64,000 bases of DNA from Myxococcota bacterium (GTDB lineage: Bacteria > Myxococcota_A > Polyangia > Nannocystales > Nannocystaceae): the NCBI GenBank assembly GCA_039028615.1, contig JBCCHT010000004.1:64001-128000 (forward strand), written 5' to 3'. The translations under genes were made by a program, and so were the position numbers. Every line of letters starts with the position of its first letter. Position 1 is the first letter of the stretch. The notes below the pieces were generated by a model. It searched no databases. It was not told the DNA's origin and was given only the letters and a program-made list of their open reading frames with translations. Below, piece by piece: positions 51,981-61,393 of the stretch.

Positions 51981-54785
51981 ATGGCAACGGCCAACCGCAA
52001 CACGTTCATGCGCAGCCTCGCCAGCCGCGAGCTGCTGGTCGATACCCGGCGCCGCGAGGTCGCGCACGCGGCTGCGATGGTCTCGGCCACGTCGAGGATC
52101 GCGTCTCATGTGCTCCCGTGGATGAAGATCATCGAGCAGCTGCCGGTCTTCGAAGAGTCCTCGCGCCCCAAGGAGACCAGCAAGACCATCAAGGACATCC
52201 ACGGCAAGCAGTGGATGACGGTCCGCTACTGGCTCGATGCCGCCGACCCCGTCGTGCGCTTCAACCACGACGGCCTCACCGTCGAGCTGCAGCCGTTGTA
52301 CGGCCAGGGGCCCGTGCCCACCGTGCAGGGCCAATTCCTCCCCGTCATCGGGTGGAAGGCGACGATCGAGGGCATCTCGGGGGCGCGCAAGCGCACCATG
52401 ATCGCGAGCTGGCGCGCCGACGACAACGGCAAGTACAAGCTCACCCTGTCGTACGACTTCGAGAACGACAACGACCGCGAGCTCGTACGCAGCGCCATCC
52501 GTGGCGATGGCATCACCATCAAGACCTCGTGGAACCACCGGGCGAGCTATCGCAAGCCGACCTCCGCGACCTTTACCGGCACCAACCAGCCCTCGGGTCG
52601 CCCCACGGGTACCGGAACGGGGGGTGGGCGCACGATGGTCAGGCCTCGTGCCGCCGCCACGATACCCACGGCCACGCTCGCCACCGCCGCGACCCGGGTC
52701 GCACGGCACGGCGCCGGTTTTCGCTTCCCCGTGGGCGTCGCGGGGCTCGTAGGCGCACCTTCGCCGGTCCGACGACGCGCGAGGAAGGTCTCTGCGAAAA
52801 AAGTCTCTGCCAAGAAAGTCTCTGCGAAAAAAGTCTCTGCCAAGAAGACCGCGAAGAAGACCACTCGACGGCGGCGACGGCCGACGCGGCGCAACCCGCC
52901 CCCCCCCCGTCAGCCGCAGACCCCACCGACCCCCTACACGTTCACGCAGACCAACTCGGTCCCCATCAACGTCGCCGATCCCAGCCACGAGATGTGGCAG
53001 GACGGCCCCTCGCCCTGGAAGCCCTTCGCGCCGGCCCATAGCCGCACGATGTACTACCGCGCGACGGGCCGACCGGCGGAGTTCGAGTTTCTGCCCAGCG
53101 AGTTCCGGCTCGGCTTCGACATCACCAAAGACGTCCCCGCCCTGCTGCCGTTCGTCTACAACCCGCAGAACGACGGCGGCACGCTGCAAGAGGACAAGCG
53201 GCGCATCGAGATGCGCATGATGGCGACGCCGCACGTCGAGCCGCAGCAACGCGAGGAGCTGCGCGCCTGGATCCAAGATCGCGAGTCGGTCGAGCTGGCG
53301 TACCTGGTGCCGCCCGTCGTGCAGGGTCGCTTCGTCATCGACGTCGCGCCTCAGGGCGCCACCATCCTCGAAGAGGACGAGACGGTCGAGCTGGCCGGGC
53401 TCTTTTGGGCTGACTTCGACTTCCCGCTCGAGTCCTGGGCTCCGAACCTCGAGATGATCTCGCAGCCGGGCGGCGGCGTGGTCGGCAAGATCTTCCTCGA
53501 CATCCTGCCCGACACCGAAGGCAGCGACGTCAGCGTACCGGTGAGGCTGAGCCTCTCCGATCTGCACGCCGACGTCGTCGAAGTGCGCCAGGGCCAGCCC
53601 GATTCCGACGGCGTCCCCCGGCACTTCTTCCTGCGGAATCGACTCCAGCGACCCGTACAGCTGGACGCGCCCACCATCTATCTCGCCGCGCAGGCCACCA
53701 ATGCCGCGCTCCCCACCGGCGTGCGCAAGGGTCAGCCGGTCGGGCCCTTCGCCCCCCAGCTGGGCCCCGGTGAAGAACGCAAGGTGCACGTGCAGCCCCA
53801 ATCCGGGGAGCACGTGTGGAATACCCTCGTCGTCGACCTCGGTCGCGTCAGCGTCACCACTCCCGACGAGGGCTGGACCGACACCATCAACGTCAACGCC
53901 TCCGATGGTCAGGCGGTGTACCCGGTCACCATCCGGGCGGTGAACCTCGGCGACAGCGCGCAGCCCGTGCCGGAGTACGACTCCACGTGGGTCTCGCTCC
54001 AGCCCCTGCAGGGCACGCCCGCCGATCCTCCCGACGGCCGCCTCGAGCGGGGCACCAAGGAGTGGTCCACCCGCATGTGGCTCGGTCTGTCCGAGCTGTG
54101 GGACCTCGAACAAGACCCCGCCAAGGCCAAGGTCCACGCGGTCGAGCTCCGCAGCGACTACGCCGACCTCGAGGGGCTGCCCCAGCGCATCTACGGCGCC
54201 GCGTCCAACGTCACCGTTCGGGTGCTCAGCACCGAGCGGCCGGACTCGAAGTACATCCTCCGCGACGAGGACCGCAACATCCTCGAAGAAGGCCTCGACC
54301 GCGCGACCACGCTGTCCCGCATCGAAGCGCGGCGCGCCGCCGACCAGGGCTGGACGCTCAGCGTCGTTCCGGTTCCGGGCCAGCCCGCGGAAGAAGAGAA
54401 CGACGACGACGACGATCGCAACGCCACCAACGACGGCGACACCACCACCGACGACGGCAACGACACCACCACCGACGACGGCGATCCCCCCACGGAGACG
54501 CAACCCGCCGGGCCGTCCATCGTCATCAACCCGATCACGTTGGATTTCAACGTGCTCCAGATGGTGTTCGTCACCCTCACCATCGGCGAGGGCGATGGTT
54601 CCGTCACCCGCACCTTCCGCTTCGACGCTGGCTCCACCGCCGCACAGGAGTGGGCCCCCGCCCGAGAGCCCGGCACCCCCGTGCGCTCCAAGACGGTATT
54701 CATGTTCAAGGACGGCACCAACCACATGACGCCCACGACCCAGGTCGACGGCGACATGGTGTTGGTGATGATGCCCGACACCTGA
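51981..54785 (+). CDS. Divergent cluster protein F (934 aa) with basic low-complexity insert
   Basis: 13 nt after E; internal FEFLPSEFRL..PALL resembles the family N-terminal motif; C-terminal domain resembles the family repeats; KVSAK repeats. Confidence 0.85.
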   Translation: MATANRNTFMRSLASRELLVDTRRREVAHAAAMVSATSRIASHVLPWMKIIEQLPVFEESSRPKETSKTIKDIHGKQWMTVRYWLDAADPVVRFNHDGLTVELQPLYGQGPVPTVQGQFLPVIGWKATIEGISGARKRTMIASWRADDNGKYKLTLSYDFENDNDRELVRSAIRGDGITIKTSWNHRASYRKPTSATFTGTNQPSGRPTGTGTGGGRTMVRPRAAATIPTATLATAATRVARHGAGFRFPVGVAGLVGAPSPVRRRARKVSAKKVSAKKVSAKKVSAKKTAKKTTRRRRRPTRRNPPPPRQPQTPPTPYTFTQTNSVPINVADPSHEMWQDGPSPWKPFAPAHSRTMYYRATGRPAEFEFLPSEFRLGFDITKDVPALLPFVYNPQNDGGTLQEDKRRIEMRMMATPHVEPQQREELRAWIQDRESVELAYLVPPVVQGRFVIDVAPQGATILEEDETVELAGLFWADFDFPLESWAPNLEMISQPGGGVVGKIFLDILPDTEGSDVSVPVRLSLSDLHADVVEVRQGQPDSDGVPRHFFLRNRLQRPVQLDAPTIYLAAQATNAALPTGVRKGQPVGPFAPQLGPGEERKVHVQPQSGEHVWNTLVVDLGRVSVTTPDEGWTDTINVNASDGQAVYPVTIRAVNLGDSAQPVPEYDSTWVSLQPLQGTPADPPDGRLERGTKEWSTRMWLGLSELWDLEQDPAKAKVHAVELRSDYADLEGLPQRIYGAASNVTVRVLSTERPDSKYILRDEDRNILEEGLDRATTLSRIEARRAADQGWTLSVVPVPGQPAEEENDDDDDRNATNDGDTTTDDGNDTTTDDGDPPTETQPAGPSIVINPITLDFNVLQMVFVTLTIGEGDGSVTRTFRFDAGSTAAQEWAPAREPGTPVRSKTVFMFKDGTNHMTPTTQVDGDMVLVMMPDT
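52785..52844 (+). repeat. 15-bp coding tandem repeat, (KVSAK)x4
   Basis: AA(G/A)GTCTCTGC(G/C)AA(A/G) x4, followed by KTAKKTTRRRRR. Confidence 0.9.
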
Positions 54786-54796
54786 GGCCGACGCGG

Positions 54797-56995
54797 GTGA
54801 GCGCGACTTCGTCTCCTCCGACTTGCCCGGGCTGTGACCGCCCCGTCGAGCCCTCGGAGGAGGCATGCCCGGCCTGCGGCCTACCGCTGGTGATCGCGGG
54901 ACGCTATCGGCTCCACGAGCGACTGGGGCGCGGCGGCATGGCTTCCGTCTACGGCGCCCAGAGCATCGACGACGACGCTCCGGTGGCCGTGAAGCTGATG
55001 CGGCTGGCCGATCACGACGACTGGAAGCCGCACGAGCTGTTCGAACGTAGCTCTCGCGTGCTGCGACAGCTCGACCACCCGCAGCTCCCGGTGGTGCATG
55101 ACTTCTTCGAGTTCGACGATGGTGGGCTGGCCCTCGTACGAGAGCGCCTCGACGGCGGCAGCTTGGCCTCGAGGGTCGTCGATGAGGATTGGCGCGCCTC
55201 TCCGGCCGAACTCCGCGCGCTGCTGGAGTCGTTGCTCGGCGTGCTCGAGTACCTCCACGGCCGCACGCCCCCGGTGGTCCACCGCGACATCAAGCCGTCG
55301 AACGTCATGTTCCGACACGATCGCTCGCGGCCCGCCACGGATAACCCGCCCGTCGTCGCCGACTTCGATTGCATCGCAGCCGTAGGAGCCTCTTCCTTCT
55401 CGGGCGGCAGCAGCACCATCGTCGTCTCGCCCGGCTTCACGGCGCCCGAGCAGCTCGCGGGGACGAGCTCCCCGGCCAGCGACCTGTTCAGCCTGGGCAT
55501 GACGATGGTCTTTGCGATCACCCACCGCGAACCGGACTCGTTGCCCCGCGACGACGCGGGTCGAGTACGGCTCGGCTCCGCGCTGGATGGGTTCGATCCG
55601 GCCTGCGCTCGAATCCTACGCATGTTGATCGAGCCCGATCGACGGTCGCGTCCTCCCAGCGCGACGTGGGCACTGCAGCAGCTCGAGGGCACGAGTCCAG
55701 CGAGCACCCGACAGACGCCGTCCTCCCGCGTACCGCACCGTGCCCTGATCTCGGGCCTCGTCGTCACGGCGGCGATCGTCGGCGGCGGTAGCCTGCTGTC
55801 GACCCTCAGAGACGAAGAGGCACCCGCCCCGAAGACACACACGGCTCCAGCCACCACTGCGGACGACGAGACCCCTTCGGTCGCATCCCCCGCTGCCCCA
55901 GTGCAGCCTCCGCTTCATTGCCGTCGAGACCACGAGGCCGACTGCGATGGAGCCCGCGACAACGGCTGTGAGGTAGACCTGCGAACGTCTGCCCTTCATT
56001 GCGGACGCTGCGAACACTCGTGTGACCCACAGCAGGTGTGCCGTGCGGCAGAGTGTTCGGCTCGAATCACCGCCTTCGCCGTCGGTAGCGGTGGGCACTG
56101 CGAACAACGCAGCGACGGAAGCCTGTGGTGCAGCGACGGGCTGCGCTCGGAGCTGCGGCAGGTGGACCTCCCTCATACCGTACGCTCCTTCGACATCGAG
56201 AGGCATCGCTGCGCCATGGCAGAGGGGGGCCAGCTGTACTGCTGGGGCGACAATGGCGTGGGGCAGACCGGAACCGGATCGAAGCGGCGCAAGGAGCCCG
56301 CGCCGCTGGTACTCGAGGGACTCCACCACGTCACGCAGGTCTCCCTCGGTCGCCACACGGGGTGTGCCGTCGCCGAGGGCCAAGCCCACTGCTGGGGCTC
56401 GTCCCTCAGCTTTGCGGTGATCGGGACTCCCGAGGAGTATTCGGCGCGCACCCCCATCGTGGTCGCCGGCATGGACGACGTAACGAGCCTCGACAGCGGC
56501 CCCATGCACGTCTGCGTGATTCGACCGGAATCGGTGTGGTGCTGGGGCGATGGTCGAGGCGGGGCCACCGGAGACCCTTCGCGCCCCCAGGGCAGCCGCC
56601 CCACGAAGATCGAGGGCCTCACGGACGCGACCTCCCTCGCCCTCGGTCGCGATCATTCGTGCGCCGTGCGCTCCGCGGGCACGGTCGCCTGCTGGGGGAC
56701 GAACGCCGATGGCCAGCTCGGTGACGGGACGACCGAAGACCACACGACCCCCGTCGAGCTGAGCGTGGTCGACGTGGTGGAGCTTCGCAGCGACCACGCG
56801 CGAACCTGTGCCCGACAGTCCTCGGGCGCCGTCCACTGCTGGGGAGACCCCACGGCCACCGACCACCTCCCCTACCCCGTGGAGCTTCCGGGAGCCGCCA
56901 CGCAGATCGCCATGCAGCGCGACACCTTGTGGGCGCTGGTCGACGGCCGCCTCGTGACGCAACGCGCGGGCAAGGCCGCCCGCGCGAAGGACTAG
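54797..56995 (+). CDS. Ser/Thr kinase with N-terminal zinc ribbon, TM helix and C-terminal RCC1-like repeats
   Basis: CPGC..CPAC, LGRGGMASVY, VAVK, HRDIKPSN, ADFD, TAPEQ, TM segment, HCGRC motif, repeated CWGxNxxGQ(L/T)G; GTG start at 54797. Confidence 0.9.
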   Translation: MSATSSPPTCPGCDRPVEPSEEACPACGLPLVIAGRYRLHERLGRGGMASVYGAQSIDDDAPVAVKLMRLADHDDWKPHELFERSSRVLRQLDHPQLPVVHDFFEFDDGGLALVRERLDGGSLASRVVDEDWRASPAELRALLESLLGVLEYLHGRTPPVVHRDIKPSNVMFRHDRSRPATDNPPVVADFDCIAAVGASSFSGGSSTIVVSPGFTAPEQLAGTSSPASDLFSLGMTMVFAITHREPDSLPRDDAGRVRLGSALDGFDPACARILRMLIEPDRRSRPPSATWALQQLEGTSPASTRQTPSSRVPHRALISGLVVTAAIVGGGSLLSTLRDEEAPAPKTHTAPATTADDETPSVASPAAPVQPPLHCRRDHEADCDGARDNGCEVDLRTSALHCGRCEHSCDPQQVCRAAECSARITAFAVGSGGHCEQRSDGSLWCSDGLRSELRQVDLPHTVRSFDIERHRCAMAEGGQLYCWGDNGVGQTGTGSKRRKEPAPLVLEGLHHVTQVSLGRHTGCAVAEGQAHCWGSSLSFAVIGTPEEYSARTPIVVAGMDDVTSLDSGPMHVCVIRPESVWCWGDGRGGATGDPSRPQGSRPTKIEGLTDATSLALGRDHSCAVRSAGTVACWGTNADGQLGDGTTEDHTTPVELSVVDVVELRSDHARTCARQSSGAVHCWGDPTATDHLPYPVELPGAATQIAMQRDTLWALVDGRLVTQRAGKAARAKD

Positions 56996-57002
56996 CCACC
57001 CC

Positions 57003-59174
57003 TCACAGCTTGATGACGAGCAGCGGGCTGGTGGACTCGCCCGCGCGCAGCTCGTTCTCGCCTTCGATGCCGATCGAGGTCACCGTGTACGAGTAGGCGA
57101 GCTGCCCGTCTTCGTCGAGCGGGAGATCGACCGTGGCCTGGGGCGAATCGGCGGCGGTCATGAGCACGGCGAAGGGCTCGTCGTCGACCATCAGGTCGAT
57201 GCGCACGGCGAGCGCATCGCCGAAGGCCCCCAACCGCGCGATGCGGATCTGCTTGGTGCGCCGCGGCTTGGGCCCGAGCACGACGACGGGGCGCTCGAGC
57301 GGCTCCCAGTCGTCGGACTGCTCGACGGTGCCGTCGGCGAATTGGATCAGGCGACTGACCTCGAAGGCCCGCTTCTGCGGATCGAGCAAGGGAACCTGCA
57401 CCGCGACGGCCTCGGGCGGGGAGCCGGGGTCGAAGCGCAGGGTCTTCTCGAAGACGTGGTCCTCGTCCATGTAGCGTAGGGCCACCTCCCCCCACAGCAC
57501 GGCTTGCCAGTCGAGGTTGGGGAGCACTCGAACCTCGAGCACGTCGCGGAAGGGCCCGAGCGCGACGAGGTGATCGCCCTCGAGGTCCTCCCACTTGCCT
57601 TCCTGGGGTACGCCGTCGCCGTCGAGCCAGTCGATGCGGACCTGGACCGGGATCCGGCCCTCGCCCGCGGGCTGGCGTACGCGCCAGGTGGTCTCGGGCG
57701 TGGCCTCGTCGAGCACGATCTCGTGGCTGAGTTCGGTGTCGGGCACGGCGAGCGACACCCGGAAGCCGGTGACCGAGCCCGCCACCAGCGGTCCGGCCAC
57801 CAGGCGGACGGCGCGGGAACGGAAGTGGTCTTGGGGCTGCACCACCAGCTGACGACTGGTGCTCTCGAAGGGGCCGACGGAGATGGAGCCTGGTCCCTGC
57901 CCGTTCGTATCGTCGAAGCTCAGATCCACCGACCAGCGGTAGGTGTCGTCGCGCGGGCCATCCATCGCATCGGTGAACACGGCCGGCTCGACCGCGTCCG
58001 CGTTGAACGCAAAGGAGGTCCGGTCTTCGCCGTGGGCGAGGTGCACCACGACCTCGCGCAGGTCGGGATAGGAATCGAAGTCGATGGCCGGACGCAGCGT
58101 CACCCGGAGGTGATCGAAGAAGTCGTCGTCGGTGTCGATCTCGAGGACCTTGGGGGTCTCGCCCTCTTCTTCGTCCCACTGGTTGGTCAGCAGGCCCACG
58201 CAGGTGTGGATGAGCGACACGGCGGAGCGGCCGCTCCACTCCATGCGGAAGGTCTTGAGCTCGTCGGTGCGCTGGTACTTCAGCTTCCCCACGAACATCG
58301 CCGACGACGCGGTCGGCTCGCCGTCGCCGAGGATGGAGGTCAGCATGTTGGCCAGGGCCCCGCCCTGACTACCCGCGGTGGGGGATGGCGGCATGCCGGG
58401 CTGGAAGAAGTCCTGGGCGACCCGCATGCGCACCAGCTCATCGACCAGCTGTCGCTGCCACTTGTGGTCGGCTTCGGAGCTGAACTCGGTGATCTGGATG
58501 TCGATGTAGCCGTTCTCTCGCAGCCACGCGAGCTCGGCGTCGAGCTCGACGCGGACCGCCGAATACTCGAAGCCGATCGAGGCGGCGAAACGATCGTAGA
58601 CCCGGTCGTAGTCCATCTTGACCGTGGCGTGCAGCGCGGGCAGCAAGCCGTCGAAGCCGAACTCGTAGGTCATGCCGGCCGGGACCGCGCCGCCGGCCAC
58701 CGCCTGCTCGATGAGGGCCGCGCCCTCGGCCGTGAGGTCCAGAGCAAAGGTCGCCCGGTGCGGAGCGGCGGGCGAGACCGGGACTTCGCTGCGGGCCACC
58801 GTGATCATGCCGTCGTCACGGTTGTCGCCGATGAGCAGCTGCGCCTTGCCGCTGAGGAACAGGGGCTGGGACACGCGAGCGTTCTGGCGCCCGGCGAGGC
58901 GGCTCACCTCCGTGCGCAGCGCCTCGAGCTCGTTGTCGGCGATCGAGGCGTCGGAGGTCAAAAAGGCCATGCCCGCGCCGACCGCCCGGGTGGGATCGAG
59001 CTCGGGGTTGTCGGTCAGGTCGCGCCGATACTTGTAGAGCACGAACTCCGGGCCCTCTTCGCCGCGGGAGAGGCGAGCCCGCGGGGGCAAGGCGTAGAAC
59101 TGATCGGGGTCCTCGTGGTCTCGCAAGACCGTGGTCCCGCGCACCGAGTAAAAGGGCGGTTCGAGAGTGATCAC
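57003..59174 (-). CDS. Uncharacterised paralog-family protein G (723 aa)
   Basis: VLRDHEDPDQFYALPP, FVLYKYRRD, LTAEGAAL, PAGMTYEFGFDGLLPA, DDFF. Confidence 0.9.
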   Translation of the reverse strand: MITLEPPFYSVRGTTVLRDHEDPDQFYALPPRARLSRGEEGPEFVLYKYRRDLTDNPELDPTRAVGAGMAFLTSDASIADNELEALRTEVSRLAGRQNARVSQPLFLSGKAQLLIGDNRDDGMITVARSEVPVSPAAPHRATFALDLTAEGAALIEQAVAGGAVPAGMTYEFGFDGLLPALHATVKMDYDRVYDRFAASIGFEYSAVRVELDAELAWLRENGYIDIQITEFSSEADHKWQRQLVDELVRMRVAQDFFQPGMPPSPTAGSQGGALANMLTSILGDGEPTASSAMFVGKLKYQRTDELKTFRMEWSGRSAVSLIHTCVGLLTNQWDEEEGETPKVLEIDTDDDFFDHLRVTLRPAIDFDSYPDLREVVVHLAHGEDRTSFAFNADAVEPAVFTDAMDGPRDDTYRWSVDLSFDDTNGQGPGSISVGPFESTSRQLVVQPQDHFRSRAVRLVAGPLVAGSVTGFRVSLAVPDTELSHEIVLDEATPETTWRVRQPAGEGRIPVQVRIDWLDGDGVPQEGKWEDLEGDHLVALGPFRDVLEVRVLPNLDWQAVLWGEVALRYMDEDHVFEKTLRFDPGSPPEAVAVQVPLLDPQKRAFEVSRLIQFADGTVEQSDDWEPLERPVVVLGPKPRRTKQIRIARLGAFGDALAVRIDLMVDDEPFAVLMTAADSPQATVDLPLDEDGQLAYSYTVTSIGIEGENELRAGESTSPLLVIKL

Positions 59175-59196
59175 GTCGATGGCCTCGCGGGGTGCC

Positions 59197-61377
59197 TCAG
59201 GTCAGGGGAAAAACGGCGATGAGCGCGGTGGTGGTCACCGGGTCGAGCTCTTCGCTCGTGCCGTCCATGGCGATCTTGGTCAGCTGATAGGACCACTGCT
59301 TGACCTCGGGGTCGCGCTGGGGGAAGCGCCACTTTTGGGGCTGAGCCACCGATCGGATCAAGCGCTCTTCCTCGACCTGCACGTCGTTGTCGGGGTCCTC
59401 GTATTCGAAGCGAACCTTGATGCCCAGCAGGCCGGCCGAAGCGAGCGTAGCCCCCAGGATCATCAGCTGCACCTCGCGGAGCTGGGCGATGCCCGTGCCG
59501 ACCACCAGCCGCGTCCCCATCGAGGGCAGCCACTCCCCCTCTTCGACCTCGTTGAGCATGCTGTGCGAGGTCACGCGGTAGGACCACCCTCGCTCCTCGG
59601 GCTCGGGCAGCGGCACCGACCAGGTCGCGAAGGGTTTGTCTCGGTCGAGCACCAGCGTCTGGACCTCGTCCTCGTTGGAGTCGAGGCGAAGCTCGACGAT
59701 GAGCCGCGCGACCTCGGTGCCGAACATCGCCGAGCCGAGCACCTGCACGTCGAGCACGTCGGGATGCGGATGACCAACCACCATCGTGCCCGGCTCCACC
59801 GTCTCCCAGTCGCGGGCCGTCTCGTCGCCGGACTCGTCGACGTAGCGCACCCGAGCCCGCACGCCGACCGCCTCCTCGGCGCCGACCCGAATGCCCATGG
59901 TGGCCTCGCGCCCCGTGGCGGAAAGCTCGTGAGTTCGCACGATGGAGCCGCCCGCCGCGGTATCGAAGGCGACGTCGACGATGACGGTGGGGTAGTCCTC
60001 GAAGGGCACCCCGAGCGCCACCACGCGTAGATCGACGCGGCGGAACAGCTCGCGCGGATCGACCCGCAGCACCCGGTCGTCGGTCTTCCACTGCGCCTGC
60101 TCGAGCGCCGCCGCCGGCCCGTCGTCGGAGGCGGGCAAGTGCGCCGTATAGGCCACGCCCACCTCGGGCCCCTGCTCGGCGTCGAACCAGAACTTCACCT
60201 GCGCCCGGGGCTCGGCCGCGGTCAGCAACAGCCGCTCCTCGCGTTCACCGTAGCTCATGCGAACTTCGACGGACTCGATGCCTTCTTTGGCCATGTCGAC
60301 GGCGCAGCCGACATCGAACTCCATCTCGGGGTTGGGACCCGGCTCGACCTCGAGCACGATGTCGTCGAGGTCGACCGAGCGATCCTCTCCCCACAAGCCG
60401 GTCAGGATGCCCTGCGGAGCCAGGGTGAGGTGCTCGGCCCGAGCGGCCCGCATCTCCCAGGTCAGCGTCTTGAGCTCGTTCCGATCGACCGAGCGCAGGC
60501 TATAGGTGACGGCGAACAGGCCCACCACGTCGCCGACCGCCCGAGAGATGGCGTCGAGGTTGCCTTCGGTGTCGACCCCGGTCGGCGCCTGGCCCAGGGT
60601 CGGCCGAAAGAACTCCTCCAAGACATGGTCGAGCACTTGCTTGACCGCCGCGTCGTAGGCCGCGGTGTGCTGGTCCTCGGGTACGAGGTGATCGACCTCC
60701 ACCTGCACCTGCTCGCTGCGGATGAGGTCTTCGAGCATCGCCCCGATGTCGACCGCGAGCAGCAGCTTGCCGCCGTGGAGCCGGTTCTCGTAGTACTCGT
60801 AGACGTCGCGCCAGCGGGCGACCACCCGGGCCCGCAGCGCGGGGCGGATGCCCTGGGTGCGCAGCTCGTAGACCACGGCCACGGGCACATCACCGCCCTG
60901 CAGCGCCGCCTCGGCCACCGAGGTGCCCTCGGGGGAGAGCACGGCCATGAACGACGCGGTCTGGTGCCCGTACAGCGAAGGCGCCACGGCGCCGAGGATC
61001 CGCTCGGTGAGGATGGACTCGCCTTCTTGATCGTTGGCGCGGTCCATGACCACCAGGCGACACTGCCCCTGGTCGGCGGCCACAGGCACCAGCGTGGGAA
61101 GCTCGTCGAGATCGAAGCGCGTCAGCAGCCGTGATCGCAGGCTCGACAGGACCTCCTCGTCGACCCGCAAGTCGACCATGAACGACAGCAACCCGCCGCC
61201 GAGCACCTGGTGGAGCTCGGGGTCGAGCCGATACTTCACCAGCCGCAGCTCGGGCTCGTCGTCGCGCCAGACCAGCGAGGGCCGGTCGGGCAGGTAGTGG
61301 AAGAGCCCCGGATCAGCGTGATCGGGGAACAGGGTTACCCCCAGGGCGGTGAGTGCCGGGCGGCCGAGGTCGATCAT
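59197..61377 (-). CDS. Uncharacterised paralog-family protein H (726 aa)
   Basis: LFPDHADPGLFHYLPDRP, GGGLLSF, LSPEGTSV, PVAVVYELRTQGIRPA. Confidence 0.9.
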   Translation of the reverse strand: MIDLGRPALTALGVTLFPDHADPGLFHYLPDRPSLVWRDDEPELRLVKYRLDPELHQVLGGGLLSFMVDLRVDEEVLSSLRSRLLTRFDLDELPTLVPVAADQGQCRLVVMDRANDQEGESILTERILGAVAPSLYGHQTASFMAVLSPEGTSVAEAALQGGDVPVAVVYELRTQGIRPALRARVVARWRDVYEYYENRLHGGKLLLAVDIGAMLEDLIRSEQVQVEVDHLVPEDQHTAAYDAAVKQVLDHVLEEFFRPTLGQAPTGVDTEGNLDAISRAVGDVVGLFAVTYSLRSVDRNELKTLTWEMRAARAEHLTLAPQGILTGLWGEDRSVDLDDIVLEVEPGPNPEMEFDVGCAVDMAKEGIESVEVRMSYGEREERLLLTAAEPRAQVKFWFDAEQGPEVGVAYTAHLPASDDGPAAALEQAQWKTDDRVLRVDPRELFRRVDLRVVALGVPFEDYPTVIVDVAFDTAAGGSIVRTHELSATGREATMGIRVGAEEAVGVRARVRYVDESGDETARDWETVEPGTMVVGHPHPDVLDVQVLGSAMFGTEVARLIVELRLDSNEDEVQTLVLDRDKPFATWSVPLPEPEERGWSYRVTSHSMLNEVEEGEWLPSMGTRLVVGTGIAQLREVQLMILGATLASAGLLGIKVRFEYEDPDNDVQVEEERLIRSVAQPQKWRFPQRDPEVKQWSYQLTKIAMDGTSEELDPVTTTALIAVFPLT

Positions 61378-61393
61378 GGGAGTCCCTTCCTAC

